IMG/VR virus record: IMGVR_UViG_3300025587_000227 | Span: 1-25,282 of that record | Length of the DNA: 25,282 nucleotides | Reading direction: 5' to 3' (one strand) | Source: a virus | Shown: positions 8,824-18,411 of the stretch, piece by piece | Layout: the number at the start of each line of letters is the position of its first letter | How positions within the stretch are numbered: position 1 is the stretch's first letter | Program-made: the position numbers and the translations under genes | Notes under the pieces: generated by a model | The model's database searches: none | Seen by the model: the letters and a program-made list of their open reading frames with translations, nothing else | What the model was told of the DNA's origin: nothing

Positions 8824-9258
8824 ATGATGGAAGTGAAATGTGAAAAATGTGGACTTGAATACACAATCCCCGAAGGAGAAAAGGTGGAGGGGTACGTCTG
8901 TGAATGCGGAGGCCCCCTGAAGGAGAGCCCTCAACATGACCCTGCCCCAGGACTCATAGGCCTCATAATCCTCGATGCAATAACACTCATCTGGAACCCA
9001 CAGGTTACAACAGACCAGTGCATGCTCCTAATGATTGGCCTCCTAAGCCTCCCCCTCCTCATCATATTGAACATCGCCCTATACAAGAAACATCCCCGGT
9101 TCCTGAGGACTGTGAATCCCCTCCCATCAATATTCATAGGAGCGGCATGGTACAATATCTTCACAGGGGCAGGGAACTATCTGATGGGGGTAATAGGATT
9201 AATCATAATATCCATAGCTATGGAAACCACCTATAAAGCCATCAGGAACCAGCCTTAA
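8824..9258 (+). CDS. Inverted accessory (moron) membrane protein: N-terminal Zn ribbon plus 3-4 TM helices
   Basis: CEKCG...CECGGPL, then hydrophobic segments; own RBS GGGGTGA and AT-rich promoter at 8785-8810; opposite strand to the tail operon. Confidence 0.75.
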   Translation: MMEVKCEKCGLEYTIPEGEKVEGYVCECGGPLKESPQHDPAPGLIGLIILDAITLIWNPQVTTDQCMLLMIGLLSLPLLIILNIALYKKHPRFLRTVNPLPSIFIGAAWYNIFTGAGNYLMGVIGLIIISIAMETTYKAIRNQP

Positions 9259-9271
9259 CCAGTCACCCTCC

Positions 9272-9457
9272 CTATTTTTTTCTCTGATAATTCAACCTTT
9301 TCAGTTCCTCAATTTTCTCCTCCACATCCACAGAAAACCGCCCCTCAACAGATGGGGGGTCCATCTGTGCCAGATAATATTCCACGAGGAGGGAGTATGG
9401 GAACTCCAGGATCCTATTAACCATCCATCCCCCTTTTAAACTTAAATTCAGAATCAT
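9272..9457 (-). CDS. Tail assembly chaperone T-part (gpT-like), probably made as a -1 frameshift extension
   Basis: Frame is -1 relative to the upstream chaperone and open from 9511; ILEFPYSLL pattern; classic G/T position. Confidence 0.6.
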   Translation of the reverse strand: MILNLSLKGGWMVNRILEFPYSLLVEYYLAQMDPPSVEGRFSVDVEEKIEELKRLNYQRKK

Positions 9458-9999
9458 CCTTTTGAGGTGGATCCACTCTTCTTCCGCCTTGAACCCTTCT
9501 TTTTCTTCCCCTTAACACCCCCACTGTCAGAGGGCTCCCCTATCAACTCAGGATTACTAAGTTTCAGCATGGTGTCTACAACTGTCCTGACCATCATAGG
9601 GGGTATCTCCACGTCTGGGAGCCCATCAATGTACTCCGTTAAGCGACCATCCCTCTCAGCCTCCTTATAATCCTCCTCATCCCTGTACAGACTCCTCTTG
9701 AGACCTCTCTGTGCTAACCTGTAACCCAGTTCACTGGTCTCAACCAGGAGCCGGTCCACACGATCCTTCATCTCCTTAACCTTCCTAGCATCCTCCTCTG
9801 TGATCTCCTCCTCAGTCTTTCCCTCAATCTTCTTCATCAAGTTATTATACTTCACAGAAATCTCAAGCGCTTCATTGCGTTTCTCCATGAGGGGGATGAC
9901 GTACTCACTGTCCACCACCCTGTACCCTTCCAGTTCCACTTCCACACCATTCAGATCGATGACTTCCTTCTTAAAAAATGAAAACCTTGGGGTTGTGAT
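9454..9999 (-). CDS. Tail assembly chaperone (gpG-like); start uncertain (non-AUG ATC 9999, or GTG 9945)
   Basis: Between tail tube and tape measure; charged helical protein; frame open up to the TGA that lies inside the GGGGGTGA RBS. Confidence 0.7.
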   Translation of the reverse strand: MTTPRFSFFKKEVIDLNGVEVELEGYRVVDSEYVIPLMEKRNEALEISVKYNNLMKKIEGKTEEEITEEDARKVKEMKDRVDRLLVETSELGYRLAQRGLKRSLYRDEEDYKEAERDGRLTEYIDGLPDVEIPPMMVRTVVDTMLKLSNPELIGEPSDSGGVKGKKKKGSRRKKSGSTSKG

Positions 10000-10016
10000 A
10001 ATCAGTCACCCCCACA

Positions 10017-10730
10017 CTATTCTTTAGGAAGAATCAGTTTTGGTGTTTCGGCGACGGTCATCTCCAGGTCGAATGTCAAGTTATCACCTGCCTTCGCGGC
10101 GGGGAGGCTGGGGGACATTTTCACGTTCTCAAAGTATATCCTTCCAAGTGTTTCATCCGCAACGTGAAACGTCATGTAACCGTAGAGATTCAGTGGCTTG
10201 TCCATGAGCCTGTACACTGACTCTGATGTTTCTGATGATTCCTCATAGAACATGAGCTTCCTGAACTGTTCAAGCCCATTCGCACTGAGTATCTGATCTG
10301 ACTTTATCGTTATTGTCATACCAGCGTATGCTGTGAGCTTCGCAGCATTGTTCAGTATACTGACTTCCTTAGTATCCTGCTTAATATCAACGGTGACCCC
10401 CTGCGCCAGGAAGGGTTCCAGTTCCTCCACATAACTAGCCGTCACGGTGGTCTCTGATCCACCTGTTTCAAAACCAACCGCTCGTCCTTCATCATCCTCA
10501 ATTATGTCAGTCACGGTAACGGTTGACCCGTCACTGTCACTAGTAACCGTCACATCCTCAGGTTTCACGCTAAGCGAATTACATGACCGGGGGAAGATCG
10601 GGGGATTCTTTACCATGAATTCCCCTGTCCCAGTTATATTTTCACCAGTAATGGGTATCCCAAGGAAAAACCCAACATTTTCACCTGTAAGTATAGTTTC
10701 TGCCAGTTTATCCACCAGCATATATATCAC
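10017..10730 (-). CDS. Major tail (tube) protein
   Basis: Acidic, beta-rich 237 aa after the terminator gene; ends with tube-like LPAAKAGDNLTFDLEMT. Confidence 0.75.
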   Translation of the reverse strand: MIYMLVDKLAETILTGENVGFFLGIPITGENITGTGEFMVKNPPIFPRSCNSLSVKPEDVTVTSDSDGSTVTVTDIIEDDEGRAVGFETGGSETTVTASYVEELEPFLAQGVTVDIKQDTKEVSILNNAAKLTAYAGMTITIKSDQILSANGLEQFRKLMFYEESSETSESVYRLMDKPLNLYGYMTFHVADETLGRIYFENVKMSPSLPAAKAGDNLTFDLEMTVAETPKLILPKE

Positions 10731-11146
10731 CTCATCATGTTTTTCACAGTGAGTGTGATGTCAAATGCGACGTAGTATCGCGTATCATCCATCACATCCT
10801 GCCATATGGCCTTATCCCAGGCCTGTACCATCACCCTTGCAGTGCCGAGATTCGTGTACATGAACTCAGAGGTCAGCTTTTCAAGGACAGTGTTCCGTTT
10901 CTCGATAGCATCTGTGATACCCTCAGCCACCTTCCAGATCCCTGTAATGTGGGCCTCGAATTCCCCCTCGTAGGCAGAACCATTCAAAACTGGTTCGAAG
11001 CGTTTGAGCTTTGAGATGTTCAGTATTATGACTGATTCACCCTCAATCCTCTCATTGAAGTCGAGGACGACGGTGTCGACTAATCCAAGTTCCTCCAGTT
11101 TCTCCTTGAATAGTAATTCTATCTCAGAGATCATTCTCTCAACCAC
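10727..11146 (-). CDS. Tail terminator / completion protein
   Basis: Position, size (139 aa), C-terminal YVAFDITLTV strand. Confidence 0.6.
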   Translation of the reverse strand: MVERMISEIELLFKEKLEELGLVDTVVLDFNERIEGESVIILNISKLKRFEPVLNGSAYEGEFEAHITGIWKVAEGITDAIEKRNTVLEKLTSEFMYTNLGTARVMVQAWDKAIWQDVMDDTRYYVAFDITLTVKNMMR

Positions 11147-11541
11147 TCTATGAGTGTTTCCTCCACCACACCCTCAGGTGCACTGTACGCCACAACGGCG
11201 CTGAAGTAGTCATTTGGTGGCGCGGGTCTCGCATAGGCGACTGGATGGGGTAGTTCAGGCCACCAGAGAGCTTTCCTCCGGACCGGGAACACCCATCCAC
11301 GTCCATGGAGTACGAATGGGAGGTAGTATGCGAGGTTACTTAGTTCACCAGTGCTTCCTTCGATGCTGATGATGTGGCTGTCGCGGAGATTCCCTGTCTT
11401 TACTGGGGCTGTGTTCTCAGCGATCCCCTGGAGTTGATTCAATATCTTTTCAAGGGTCTCCTCGATTTTCCCTTGGACCTCATGGGGTTTCTCCATGAGA
11501 GCATCTGGCTTGTCTATCCTGATCTCTATCATGGCATTCAC
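11131..11541 (-). CDS. HK97 gp10-like neck/tail-completion protein
   Basis: APVKTGNLRDS motif and YLPFVLHG. Confidence 0.8.
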   Translation of the reverse strand: MNAMIEIRIDKPDALMEKPHEVQGKIEETLEKILNQLQGIAENTAPVKTGNLRDSHIISIEGSTGELSNLAYYLPFVLHGRGWVFPVRRKALWWPELPHPVAYARPAPPNDYFSAVVAYSAPEGVVEETLIEWLRE

Positions 11542-11888
11542 GTGTCCGCTATCCTCTGTAGGGTTGCCTCGATATGTGTCCTGTTCTTGATGATACTAGT
11601 AACGGTGTACTTGTCCTCGCCGATGAGGATGTGGTCCCCTCTCATGATGGACACACCGAGTGGTATGAGTACGTATGCGTCATAATCACTGATCCTCTGC
11701 CCCTTGATGATGCGTTCCCCTCCACGGTTCACATGGAAAAATGCCTTCAGAGGCCTGGTATCATCCTCATAGACTGGTTGTCCTCGCTGATCCCTCTCCT
11801 TCAGGGTGTGATGCACAAGTGTAACCTCCTGTCCATACCTCCGTAGCAACCGTTGGAACCCTCCTTTAATCCTCTTCATCACCATCAT
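11538..11888 (-). CDS. Head closure (stopper) protein
   Basis: YGQEVTL...GDHILIGEDKYTVTSI pattern; position. Confidence 0.7.
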   Translation of the reverse strand: MMVMKRIKGGFQRLLRRYGQEVTLVHHTLKERDQRGQPVYEDDTRPLKAFFHVNRGGERIIKGQRISDYDAYVLIPLGVSIMRGDHILIGEDKYTVTSIIKNRTHIEATLQRIADT

Positions 11889-12186
11889 CCCTTGGTCTCC
11901 AGATCCTCATACCCTGTAGTCTTAGAAGAGCATGGGATAGTCTCCTCCTCACATCCTCAGCCTGTTCTGTGATGCTGAACCGTCCATCGGTGAAGTTCAT
12001 GTCCTTTGTGAGGTCATTGAGTATCATTGCAACCACATACTCGTCCACGATGTCCTCAGGTGCATGGGGGTTGATCCTCTCAGCTCTTGCCCTGTACTCT
12101 TCTATTTTCCTATCTATGAATGCCTGTAGGGATTCATCCGCTTCGTCCAGGCCAAGATGGATGTAGATGTCATGCTTAGGGTTCAT
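11866..12186 (-). CDS. Head-tail adaptor (connector) protein
   Basis: Helical 106 aa directly after the capsid gene. Confidence 0.6.
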   Translation of the reverse strand: MNPKHDIYIHLGLDEADESLQAFIDRKIEEYRARAERINPHAPEDIVDEYVVAMILNDLTKDMNFTDGRFSITEQAEDVRRRLSHALLRLQGMRIWRPRDDGDEED

Positions 12187-12257
12187 TTTGCATTCCTTCT
12201 ATCACCATGGCAAGATAGTGTACTGTGGTTATTAGGAGGGATCTACTACTGCCATTC

Positions 12258-13202
12258 TCATCCACCTGAGGACATGTCTATGACCGCAGCGACTGCCGCA
12301 TTCTCATCCTCATAGTTGCAATCTGCTCTGAGGCTGGCAATGTACTCAGTCCTCCTCATCGCAGCGTCACGTTTGGGTTCTATCCTGATATTCCTCCAGA
12401 ACCCGTATACGAGGTTCGTGGGGACCGTGAGGAGGGCCCTTGCTTTATCGTCGCCGAGGGCATCCAGGGCAGGGACATACTGTATTGGTATACCATCATA
12501 CTGCAGTCCCGTGGCACCCATGAGGGCCGAGTCACCGAGTCCTGTTTCCCTGACGAGTAGCTGCTTCCTGTATCCGTTGTATATCTCATTGGAGACGTAG
12601 AACTTCATCCTTGGCTTGAGCTGCAAGTACCTCGTGTCCAGTTCATCCATCATGCCGTCAAAGAGGTTGAGGGGCCAGTTCTCATCTTCAGGTTCTGCAT
12701 CAGTATACTGGTTCCCTGCAAGCTTCATCCATCCATCATTGATCCTGTAGAGTTCCCTGCCAGTGGTGAGGCTGGAGTCAGCATGTAGGAAGAAGCACTC
12801 CAAGTCATAGGTGACTCCACTTGCAAGGAGTGATGTGATTGTCTGTTCGAATGCTGACTGTTCTATGTTGTCCTCCAGGGCCTCATCCTCAAGGACGACC
12901 TTGGTTACGAGTTCTTTCATCTCCAGTGTATTGGTGCTCACGGTCACTTCATCAGCAGTCGGGGCAACCTTTGTCCCTGATGTGTTCCTGCCAGGTTCCA
13001 GTTCAACACCGAGGCTTATCCTTGAAATGTCCACCTCATATGACTTGAGGGCATTCAGGACCCTTGCATCCTTTATTATCGCGGAGTTTTCACGGACTTC
13101 CCTGACGAACTCCCCGAACCTCTGAACCGCGAGTATCCCTTTTCCAAGGTCAGGGACGTCTATCTTAGGGGTTATTTGGAATGGTTTGTTCAGAAAATCC
13201 AT
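12258..13202 (-). CDS. Major capsid protein (HK97 fold), 314 aa
   Basis: Size and position; GLQYDGIPI and IRIEPKRDAAMRRTEYIASLRADC HK97-type C-terminal strands. Confidence 0.9.
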   Translation of the reverse strand: MDFLNKPFQITPKIDVPDLGKGILAVQRFGEFVREVRENSAIIKDARVLNALKSYEVDISRISLGVELEPGRNTSGTKVAPTADEVTVSTNTLEMKELVTKVVLEDEALEDNIEQSAFEQTITSLLASGVTYDLECFFLHADSSLTTGRELYRINDGWMKLAGNQYTDAEPEDENWPLNLFDGMMDELDTRYLQLKPRMKFYVSNEIYNGYRKQLLVRETGLGDSALMGATGLQYDGIPIQYVPALDALGDDKARALLTVPTNLVYGFWRNIRIEPKRDAAMRRTEYIASLRADCNYEDENAAVAAVIDMSSGG

Positions 13203-13219
13203 ATTACCACCTCATATCA

Positions 13220-14437
13220 TCATCTTTTTATGGGCCTGCCGAAACGGTCAACACCCATGATTTTTAAGTCACTTGCATCGTTATGCTTCTCAGCCACCTG
13301 CCCCTTCAGGGATTGTGGTTCTACTTTGGACGTGGCGGCTTCATCGACTACTTGTTCGGGGTTTACTTTATCTTCGTCCTCATCATCATCCTCTTCTTCC
13401 ATTTCATTGAGGCGTTCATGTATCTTGGATATCTCTTTTTTCAATTCCTGGATTGCTTCTAGGATGGTATTTGTGGTTATTTCCTCTTCCGGTTCTGGTT
13501 CTTGTTTTTCATCCTTCACAGCCTCTCCCCCCTCATCATCATCGAAGTAGGATTTGAGGGTTGTGAAGATCTGCTTCAGGAGAGATTTCTCATCCACATC
13601 ATCACCTCCATCTCGTTTGATGCTCAAGTATTTGGCCTTAGGGACGGCAGGCTTGTCAACTATTGAGATAGTGACAACTTCCCATGGCCATCCCAGTTCA
13701 CGGAGGGTTGTCTTCGGGTAAGATTTCTGTGCTTTCTGTGCGGGCACGGCTGTGATGCTGAATCCAGTATATTTCCCCGTCTTCACCCCCTCCCATATGC
13801 CGTCATCGTAGATCCTCGCTGTGATCATCCACGTCCCCCGGGGTAAGTGGACGCCATTGATTTCCTCATCATCACGGAGGATGTAGGACTCCACTGGTCT
13901 GGCGACGTTCCTGAACCTATGCATAATGTCAATGTTCTGGTAGTCCTCCATGAACTTGTAGGCAACCTCTTCAACCTGTTCCGCCGTCACCACATCCCCA
14001 TCTAGGTCAGGTTCATCCGGGACGAGAACAGGTCCTGTGACCAGGCGTTTATCCTTGTTTATCTTCACAGCACGGTTCCCATACTGGAGGGTGTATGTTT
14101 TCTCCGATGCCTCCTCCTTGGCCATCTCGAGGAGTTCGCTTGCAGCATCATATATCTCCTGGTTCCTGGGCGCGCCTCTGGCCCCCGCAGTGTAGGACTT
14201 GATGGCCCTGAGGGCTGCAAGGTACACCTTCCCATCCTTCCCATATGGATACTTGTATGCCTCTGCATTTTCAGGGTCTGCTTCCGTATCTACGCCAAGA
14301 TGGTATAAGCTGTACTCATCGATACCCCCCTGGAAGTCTGCGAGTTTAGGGGCCTCCCATTCCCCATCACTGATTTTGCCCTCATTGATGAGGGTCTTCG
14401 CATGATTATACGCCTTCCTGTTTAATTTCACAGTCAA
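13220..14437 (-). CDS. Prohead protease (XkdF-like) fused to an N-terminal helical domain and C-terminal acidic scaffold
   Basis: RLVTGPVLVPDEPDLDGD...IDIMH...VESY...GTWM...GKYTGFSI XkdF-type motifs; acidic coiled-coil tail. Confidence 0.8.
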   Translation of the reverse strand: MTVKLNRKAYNHAKTLINEGKISDGEWEAPKLADFQGGIDEYSLYHLGVDTEADPENAEAYKYPYGKDGKVYLAALRAIKSYTAGARGAPRNQEIYDAASELLEMAKEEASEKTYTLQYGNRAVKINKDKRLVTGPVLVPDEPDLDGDVVTAEQVEEVAYKFMEDYQNIDIMHRFRNVARPVESYILRDDEEINGVHLPRGTWMITARIYDDGIWEGVKTGKYTGFSITAVPAQKAQKSYPKTTLRELGWPWEVVTISIVDKPAVPKAKYLSIKRDGGDDVDEKSLLKQIFTTLKSYFDDDEGGEAVKDEKQEPEPEEEITTNTILEAIQELKKEISKIHERLNEMEEEDDDEDEDKVNPEQVVDEAATSKVEPQSLKGQVAEKHNDASDLKIMGVDRFGRPIKR

Positions 14438-14451
14438 TTACATCACACCTC

Positions 14452-14985
14452 CTATATTCCATGTCCCTCCACTTCCACTTCCTCGCCGATGGGGTTGCCA
14501 TGTTCATCGCAGGGTTCCACACTACACCTACAATTGGGGTGGGGTGTGTGCGGGCATTCCATGATGGGCCATGGGCTTCTATCCTCATATTCATGGCAGA
14601 CGCTGCAGACGAGTTCATCACCCACAGTCACCCAGTTCACGTATCGCACCCCATTCAACATCCACCATTCAAGGGTGTGGGTCTTCTGGTAGTCCCATGC
14701 AAGGTATCCCACCCCTAGAGCGAGTGGTAGGATGAAGGCCATCATCCTGTCCTCAACCTCTTCCACACTCCCCCCCTCAGATACTGTTTCTTCAAGGATG
14801 CTGATGAGTTCCTCATACTCCCCCTCCGTGACACCATACTTTTTCATGAATTCGGCGCGTGAGAGACTTTGAAGGTCTGTGATGATGTGTTCAATGTCAC
14901 CGTATCTTTTCCTTTCGAGTATGAATAGGATCTCATCTAGGCTGGAGTCTATCTGGTTCATGAACCATTGAGGATCATAATCCAA
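14452..14985 (-). CDS. Head morphogenesis protein (Mu gpF / SPP1 gp7-like)
   Basis: WVTVGDELVCSVC...PHTPHPNCRC signature; TTG start after RBS GGGAGG. Confidence 0.85.
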   Translation of the reverse strand: MDYDPQWFMNQIDSSLDEILFILERKRYGDIEHIITDLQSLSRAEFMKKYGVTEGEYEELISILEETVSEGGSVEEVEDRMMAFILPLALGVGYLAWDYQKTHTLEWWMLNGVRYVNWVTVGDELVCSVCHEYEDRSPWPIMECPHTPHPNCRCSVEPCDEHGNPIGEEVEVEGHGI

Positions 14986-16578
14986 TCACAATCCCTCCCA
15001 TTCAATCACCTTGAGGAGGTATGATTTCATCCTCTCCGTCATATCATCCAGGGTGAGGTCTATGAGTCTTTTATACTTCCCCTCAAGGCCCCCTGATGGG
15101 AGGGTTATCTGACCATGTGCCACCCCAGAGGGGACCTGTGCTGGGATAAGCCTGTAAGCGTAAGCCCTCGCATCATCCTTGAACTCTTCAAGGATAGTAG
15201 TGACTGCAGCGCCTTTAGCATCTGATGGTTGTTGTGACCTGAGAACATCTTCTATCTTCCCGGAGTATTTGGTCTTGAAGAGTTTCTCGAGTCTCTGCCT
15301 GATCCTATCAGTGCCTGGTGGTTCCTGGGACTTCAGGCTCCTCAGTCTTTTCCCTGATACACTCCCAGCATTAGGGGATAACTTGTTGTACACCTCCTCG
15401 GGTGATAAGACGCCGTAGTGGATGAGGCTGCAGTAGTTGTTCACTATACTGGATTCGAGTAGTGTTTCATCATTGAACTCGAATATCACATCGGATGAGA
15501 ATTTGATCTGGAAGAAGTCAGTGAGGATTGAAGCGATGATCTTCTGCTGGGGCCTCACCACAGATTCGTAGTACGTCTTCCTCGTCGATTCTGCGAGGTT
15601 CCCCCCGAGGGCCCCTATGTCCCCTATCCCTAACCTGTACGGGTCGATCATATGGGCCGCTGCAACATCAAACTTTTTATCATGATAGTACTGTTTAAAG
15701 TCCGCGTCATCCATTGACTTGTTGAGGGGGGTGAATTCCACCTTCACCGTGTCATTTCCTGGGATGCTGAGGACTATCGGACTGTGGGGGTTCTCCTTAA
15801 GGTATGTGAAGTTCTCCTCGATGGCCTTCTGCAAAACCGTCCGGCCGGTGGGGTTCCCTTCACTGTCAAGTATCTCCTCATCCTCAAAGTCGCCCGTCAC
15901 TGTGATGACATAGGATGGGAGGGTGAAATTATCGAAGAATGCATAATTGTATTCGTCTATCTTTTTCATGGTGAGGATGCTGTTCACTGCTGAAAGGTAC
16001 TTCGGGACCCCGTAGTAGCTGCAGATGGGTGAGGGGAGATGGATGAAGAGGAGTTCATTCGCACCCACACCACCCCCCTCGAGGTCCTCCCCGGTCTCAG
16101 GGTTTACTTCACCTTCATGCCTGTAATCCTTGAAATAAGTGACATGCACACCATCCCATGTCTGCTTGTACCTTGTCCCGTCCCTGTGCACCCGGACGGT
16201 GTGTGCCGGGACATACTCAAAACGGACAGGCTCACCATCATCATCCCGGACTATCTCAAGGCTGCAGTAATTGAAGACTTGAAGGTCCTCAATGCTGGAT
16301 AAGAGGACGTACTCGAAGCTGGGCTTGCAGGCCTTCAGGAATCCTTCAACCCTCCCATCATCATTCGTGAGTGTGTATCCTGTTCTCACGATATCGTTAG
16401 TCTTAATCGTGCAGGCGGCGGCATGGTATGGGTTGCTGTTCAGGAGTTGGAGCAAGTATAGGGGATGTACCCGTGGCTCAACATAATCCCCTACTGACTC
16501 CTCTTTCAGGCTCTGTGAGGGGAATGGCTGATACTTTTCAAGTGACTTGACTGATGATAAATATTCTCTCATAATCAT
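14986..16578 (-). CDS. Portal protein
   Basis: 530 aa after TerL; YYGVPKY, F(D)NF..PS..I, VAAAHMIDPYRLG portal-like motifs. Confidence 0.9.
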   Translation of the reverse strand: MIMREYLSSVKSLEKYQPFPSQSLKEESVGDYVEPRVHPLYLLQLLNSNPYHAAACTIKTNDIVRTGYTLTNDDGRVEGFLKACKPSFEYVLLSSIEDLQVFNYCSLEIVRDDDGEPVRFEYVPAHTVRVHRDGTRYKQTWDGVHVTYFKDYRHEGEVNPETGEDLEGGGVGANELLFIHLPSPICSYYGVPKYLSAVNSILTMKKIDEYNYAFFDNFTLPSYVITVTGDFEDEEILDSEGNPTGRTVLQKAIEENFTYLKENPHSPIVLSIPGNDTVKVEFTPLNKSMDDADFKQYYHDKKFDVAAAHMIDPYRLGIGDIGALGGNLAESTRKTYYESVVRPQQKIIASILTDFFQIKFSSDVIFEFNDETLLESSIVNNYCSLIHYGVLSPEEVYNKLSPNAGSVSGKRLRSLKSQEPPGTDRIRQRLEKLFKTKYSGKIEDVLRSQQPSDAKGAAVTTILEEFKDDARAYAYRLIPAQVPSGVAHGQITLPSGGLEGKYKRLIDLTLDDMTERMKSYLLKVIEWEGL

Positions 16579-17882
16579 GTTCTCACTCCTCTGGGACTGG
16601 AGATGTATATCCTCCTGTTCCTCATGGATGCCTCAGTAAGGGTATTAAAGGCCCCTGATGCAGCGTCCACCTGGTCATCATGCACCCCCTGTGTGGGGAA
16701 GGCCTCCAGTTCTCTGAGGAAATCATAGACCCATATGCCCCGGAGGATTGTCACGTTCCCGGCTTCTACTTGTGCGCTGAAAGCTCTGGCCCGTTCCACT
16801 TTGTTCCTGGTGGGCCTGTCCCCTTTGATGTCATATCCCTTGAGGAGGCGTGTGAAATGGTTGATGATCATTTTCCCACTACTCCCCCCTTCCTCCTCGA
16901 TTCTTATCATCGTACCTTTCCCATCCTCGTGGGCTGTCTGGATTATGGTTTCCTCAACCTCCTTCGGGGTTCCCCTCAGCCGCTTAACGTCCAGGATGTG
17001 ATATGTGTCATCCTGGAGTCCCATAAGGCACCCTACTGTCCAGTCAGGGTCCGTGTTCATCTGGGTTGGGGGCGTGGCTGCAAGGTCCCAGTACCTACAT
17101 TTCAACTGCACTGATGGGGGGTTGTCTATGATCCTAAACCATTCCCTCCTAAAGAGACCTCCTGTGATTGAAGCATCCCAGTCCCCCTCCATCAGTTGCC
17201 TCCTTGTGATCGGATCCAGCTTCTTAAGCGATTCTTCGTAGGATACGTCCAAATGGGGGTTGTCCTTGTACCTGGCGGGGATAAATGGTCGGCCACCTTC
17301 AATGAATCGTTTCCTGACCCATTCGAGACCGGGCCCGGTGGGGTTGGTGGCGGCGCGCATCCGGAGAGGTACAGGGTTTTCCCCGGTTTTCCTGAGGCGG
17401 CTGAACAGGAAAAGGTACTGTGACTCTGTGAACTCTGTAAGCTCGTCGAAAGCAACAAGTTGAAATTCGCTGGACTGGTAACGGTACTTGTCACGCTCTG
17501 AATCTATATGGCCAAATGTGAGGGTGGCGCCTGATGGGAACCTCCATGTCTTCTTCTCCGCGTTCCACTCAGCATCAGTACTGTGGAGCCACTGGCACGC
17601 GCGGTCCATCAGGCCCCCAGGAAGAGCTAATTCCGGGTAATTCCGTCTGAGCACCAATGCATGATAATCAGGGAGGTCCACATATTGGAGCGCTGCCATG
17701 AGGAGAGCCTCGGATTTCCCTCCTCCTGCCGCGCCGCCATAAAGAACCTCCCGGTCATGAGAGGTGAGAAATATGGCTTGTTTGGGGGTAGGCTCAGTGG
17801 GGATGTATGGGTTTTCAAGGACGCTCCAACGTAAGAAATCAAGATCCTCCTCAGATAGTCTTTTATTTGTCGTTGAAAGCAC
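16575..17882 (-). CDS. terL: Terminase large subunit
   Basis: Walker A GGAAGGGKS, Walker B VAFDELTEF, ATNP coupling motif, nuclease motifs WDLAAT and HDDQVDA. Confidence 0.95.
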   Translation of the reverse strand: MLSTTNKRLSEEDLDFLRWSVLENPYIPTEPTPKQAIFLTSHDREVLYGGAAGGGKSEALLMAALQYVDLPDYHALVLRRNYPELALPGGLMDRACQWLHSTDAEWNAEKKTWRFPSGATLTFGHIDSERDKYRYQSSEFQLVAFDELTEFTESQYLFLFSRLRKTGENPVPLRMRAATNPTGPGLEWVRKRFIEGGRPFIPARYKDNPHLDVSYEESLKKLDPITRRQLMEGDWDASITGGLFRREWFRIIDNPPSVQLKCRYWDLAATPPTQMNTDPDWTVGCLMGLQDDTYHILDVKRLRGTPKEVEETIIQTAHEDGKGTMIRIEEEGGSSGKMIINHFTRLLKGYDIKGDRPTRNKVERARAFSAQVEAGNVTILRGIWVYDFLRELEAFPTQGVHDDQVDAASGAFNTLTEASMRNRRIYISSPRGVRT

Positions 17883-18411
17883 CTACCTCAGCCTCCCTTA
17901 ATCTTTTGAGGTATTCTTGGATCTTACGGGCCCTTTCCTCTCTTTCCCTCTTGGCGGATTCAGCATCCGCCACCTCAAGGCTCACCCTGTTCACATCTTC
18001 ACCCTGAGCCGTCCGTAGGACCTCCTGGGCATTTTTCAGAGCGGTGGCCGTGTTTGACAACTCGATGGCCCTGATAAATCTTTTTTCATTGATATCCTGG
18101 TCCATCTGGGTGATCTTCTTCATGATCACCTCGGTCAAGGACATGGCTGTCTGTTCAAAAATCATGTCAGCTTTCACCATATCCTCAGCCACAGACTCGG
18201 CACGTGCATCCATGATCTTCTCTTGGAGTTTCAGCTGTGCTTTTTCCCTTTGTTTAGACCAGGACTCCCTTCGCGCCCTACTTTTCACAGTGCCCAGGGG
18301 GATGTTGTGCTTCTCAGCCAGCTTGCCGAGTGAAGGGTACTCCCTCTGACCAGTTTCATCCATGTGCCCGTAGATATACTCGTCACGGATCTTGTCCCAA
18401 TCGTATTTCAT
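17863..18411 (-). CDS. terS: Terminase small subunit (start ATG 18411, or TTG 18432)
   Basis: N-terminal HTH (YDWDKIRDEY...SLGKLAEKHNIPLGTVKSRARRESW) plus helical oligomerisation region, directly upstream of terL. Confidence 0.8.
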   Translation of the reverse strand: MKYDWDKIRDEYIYGHMDETGQREYPSLGKLAEKHNIPLGTVKSRARRESWSKQREKAQLKLQEKIMDARAESVAEDMVKADMIFEQTAMSLTEVIMKKITQMDQDINEKRFIRAIELSNTATALKNAQEVLRTAQGEDVNRVSLEVADAESAKREREERARKIQEYLKRLREAEVGAFNDK

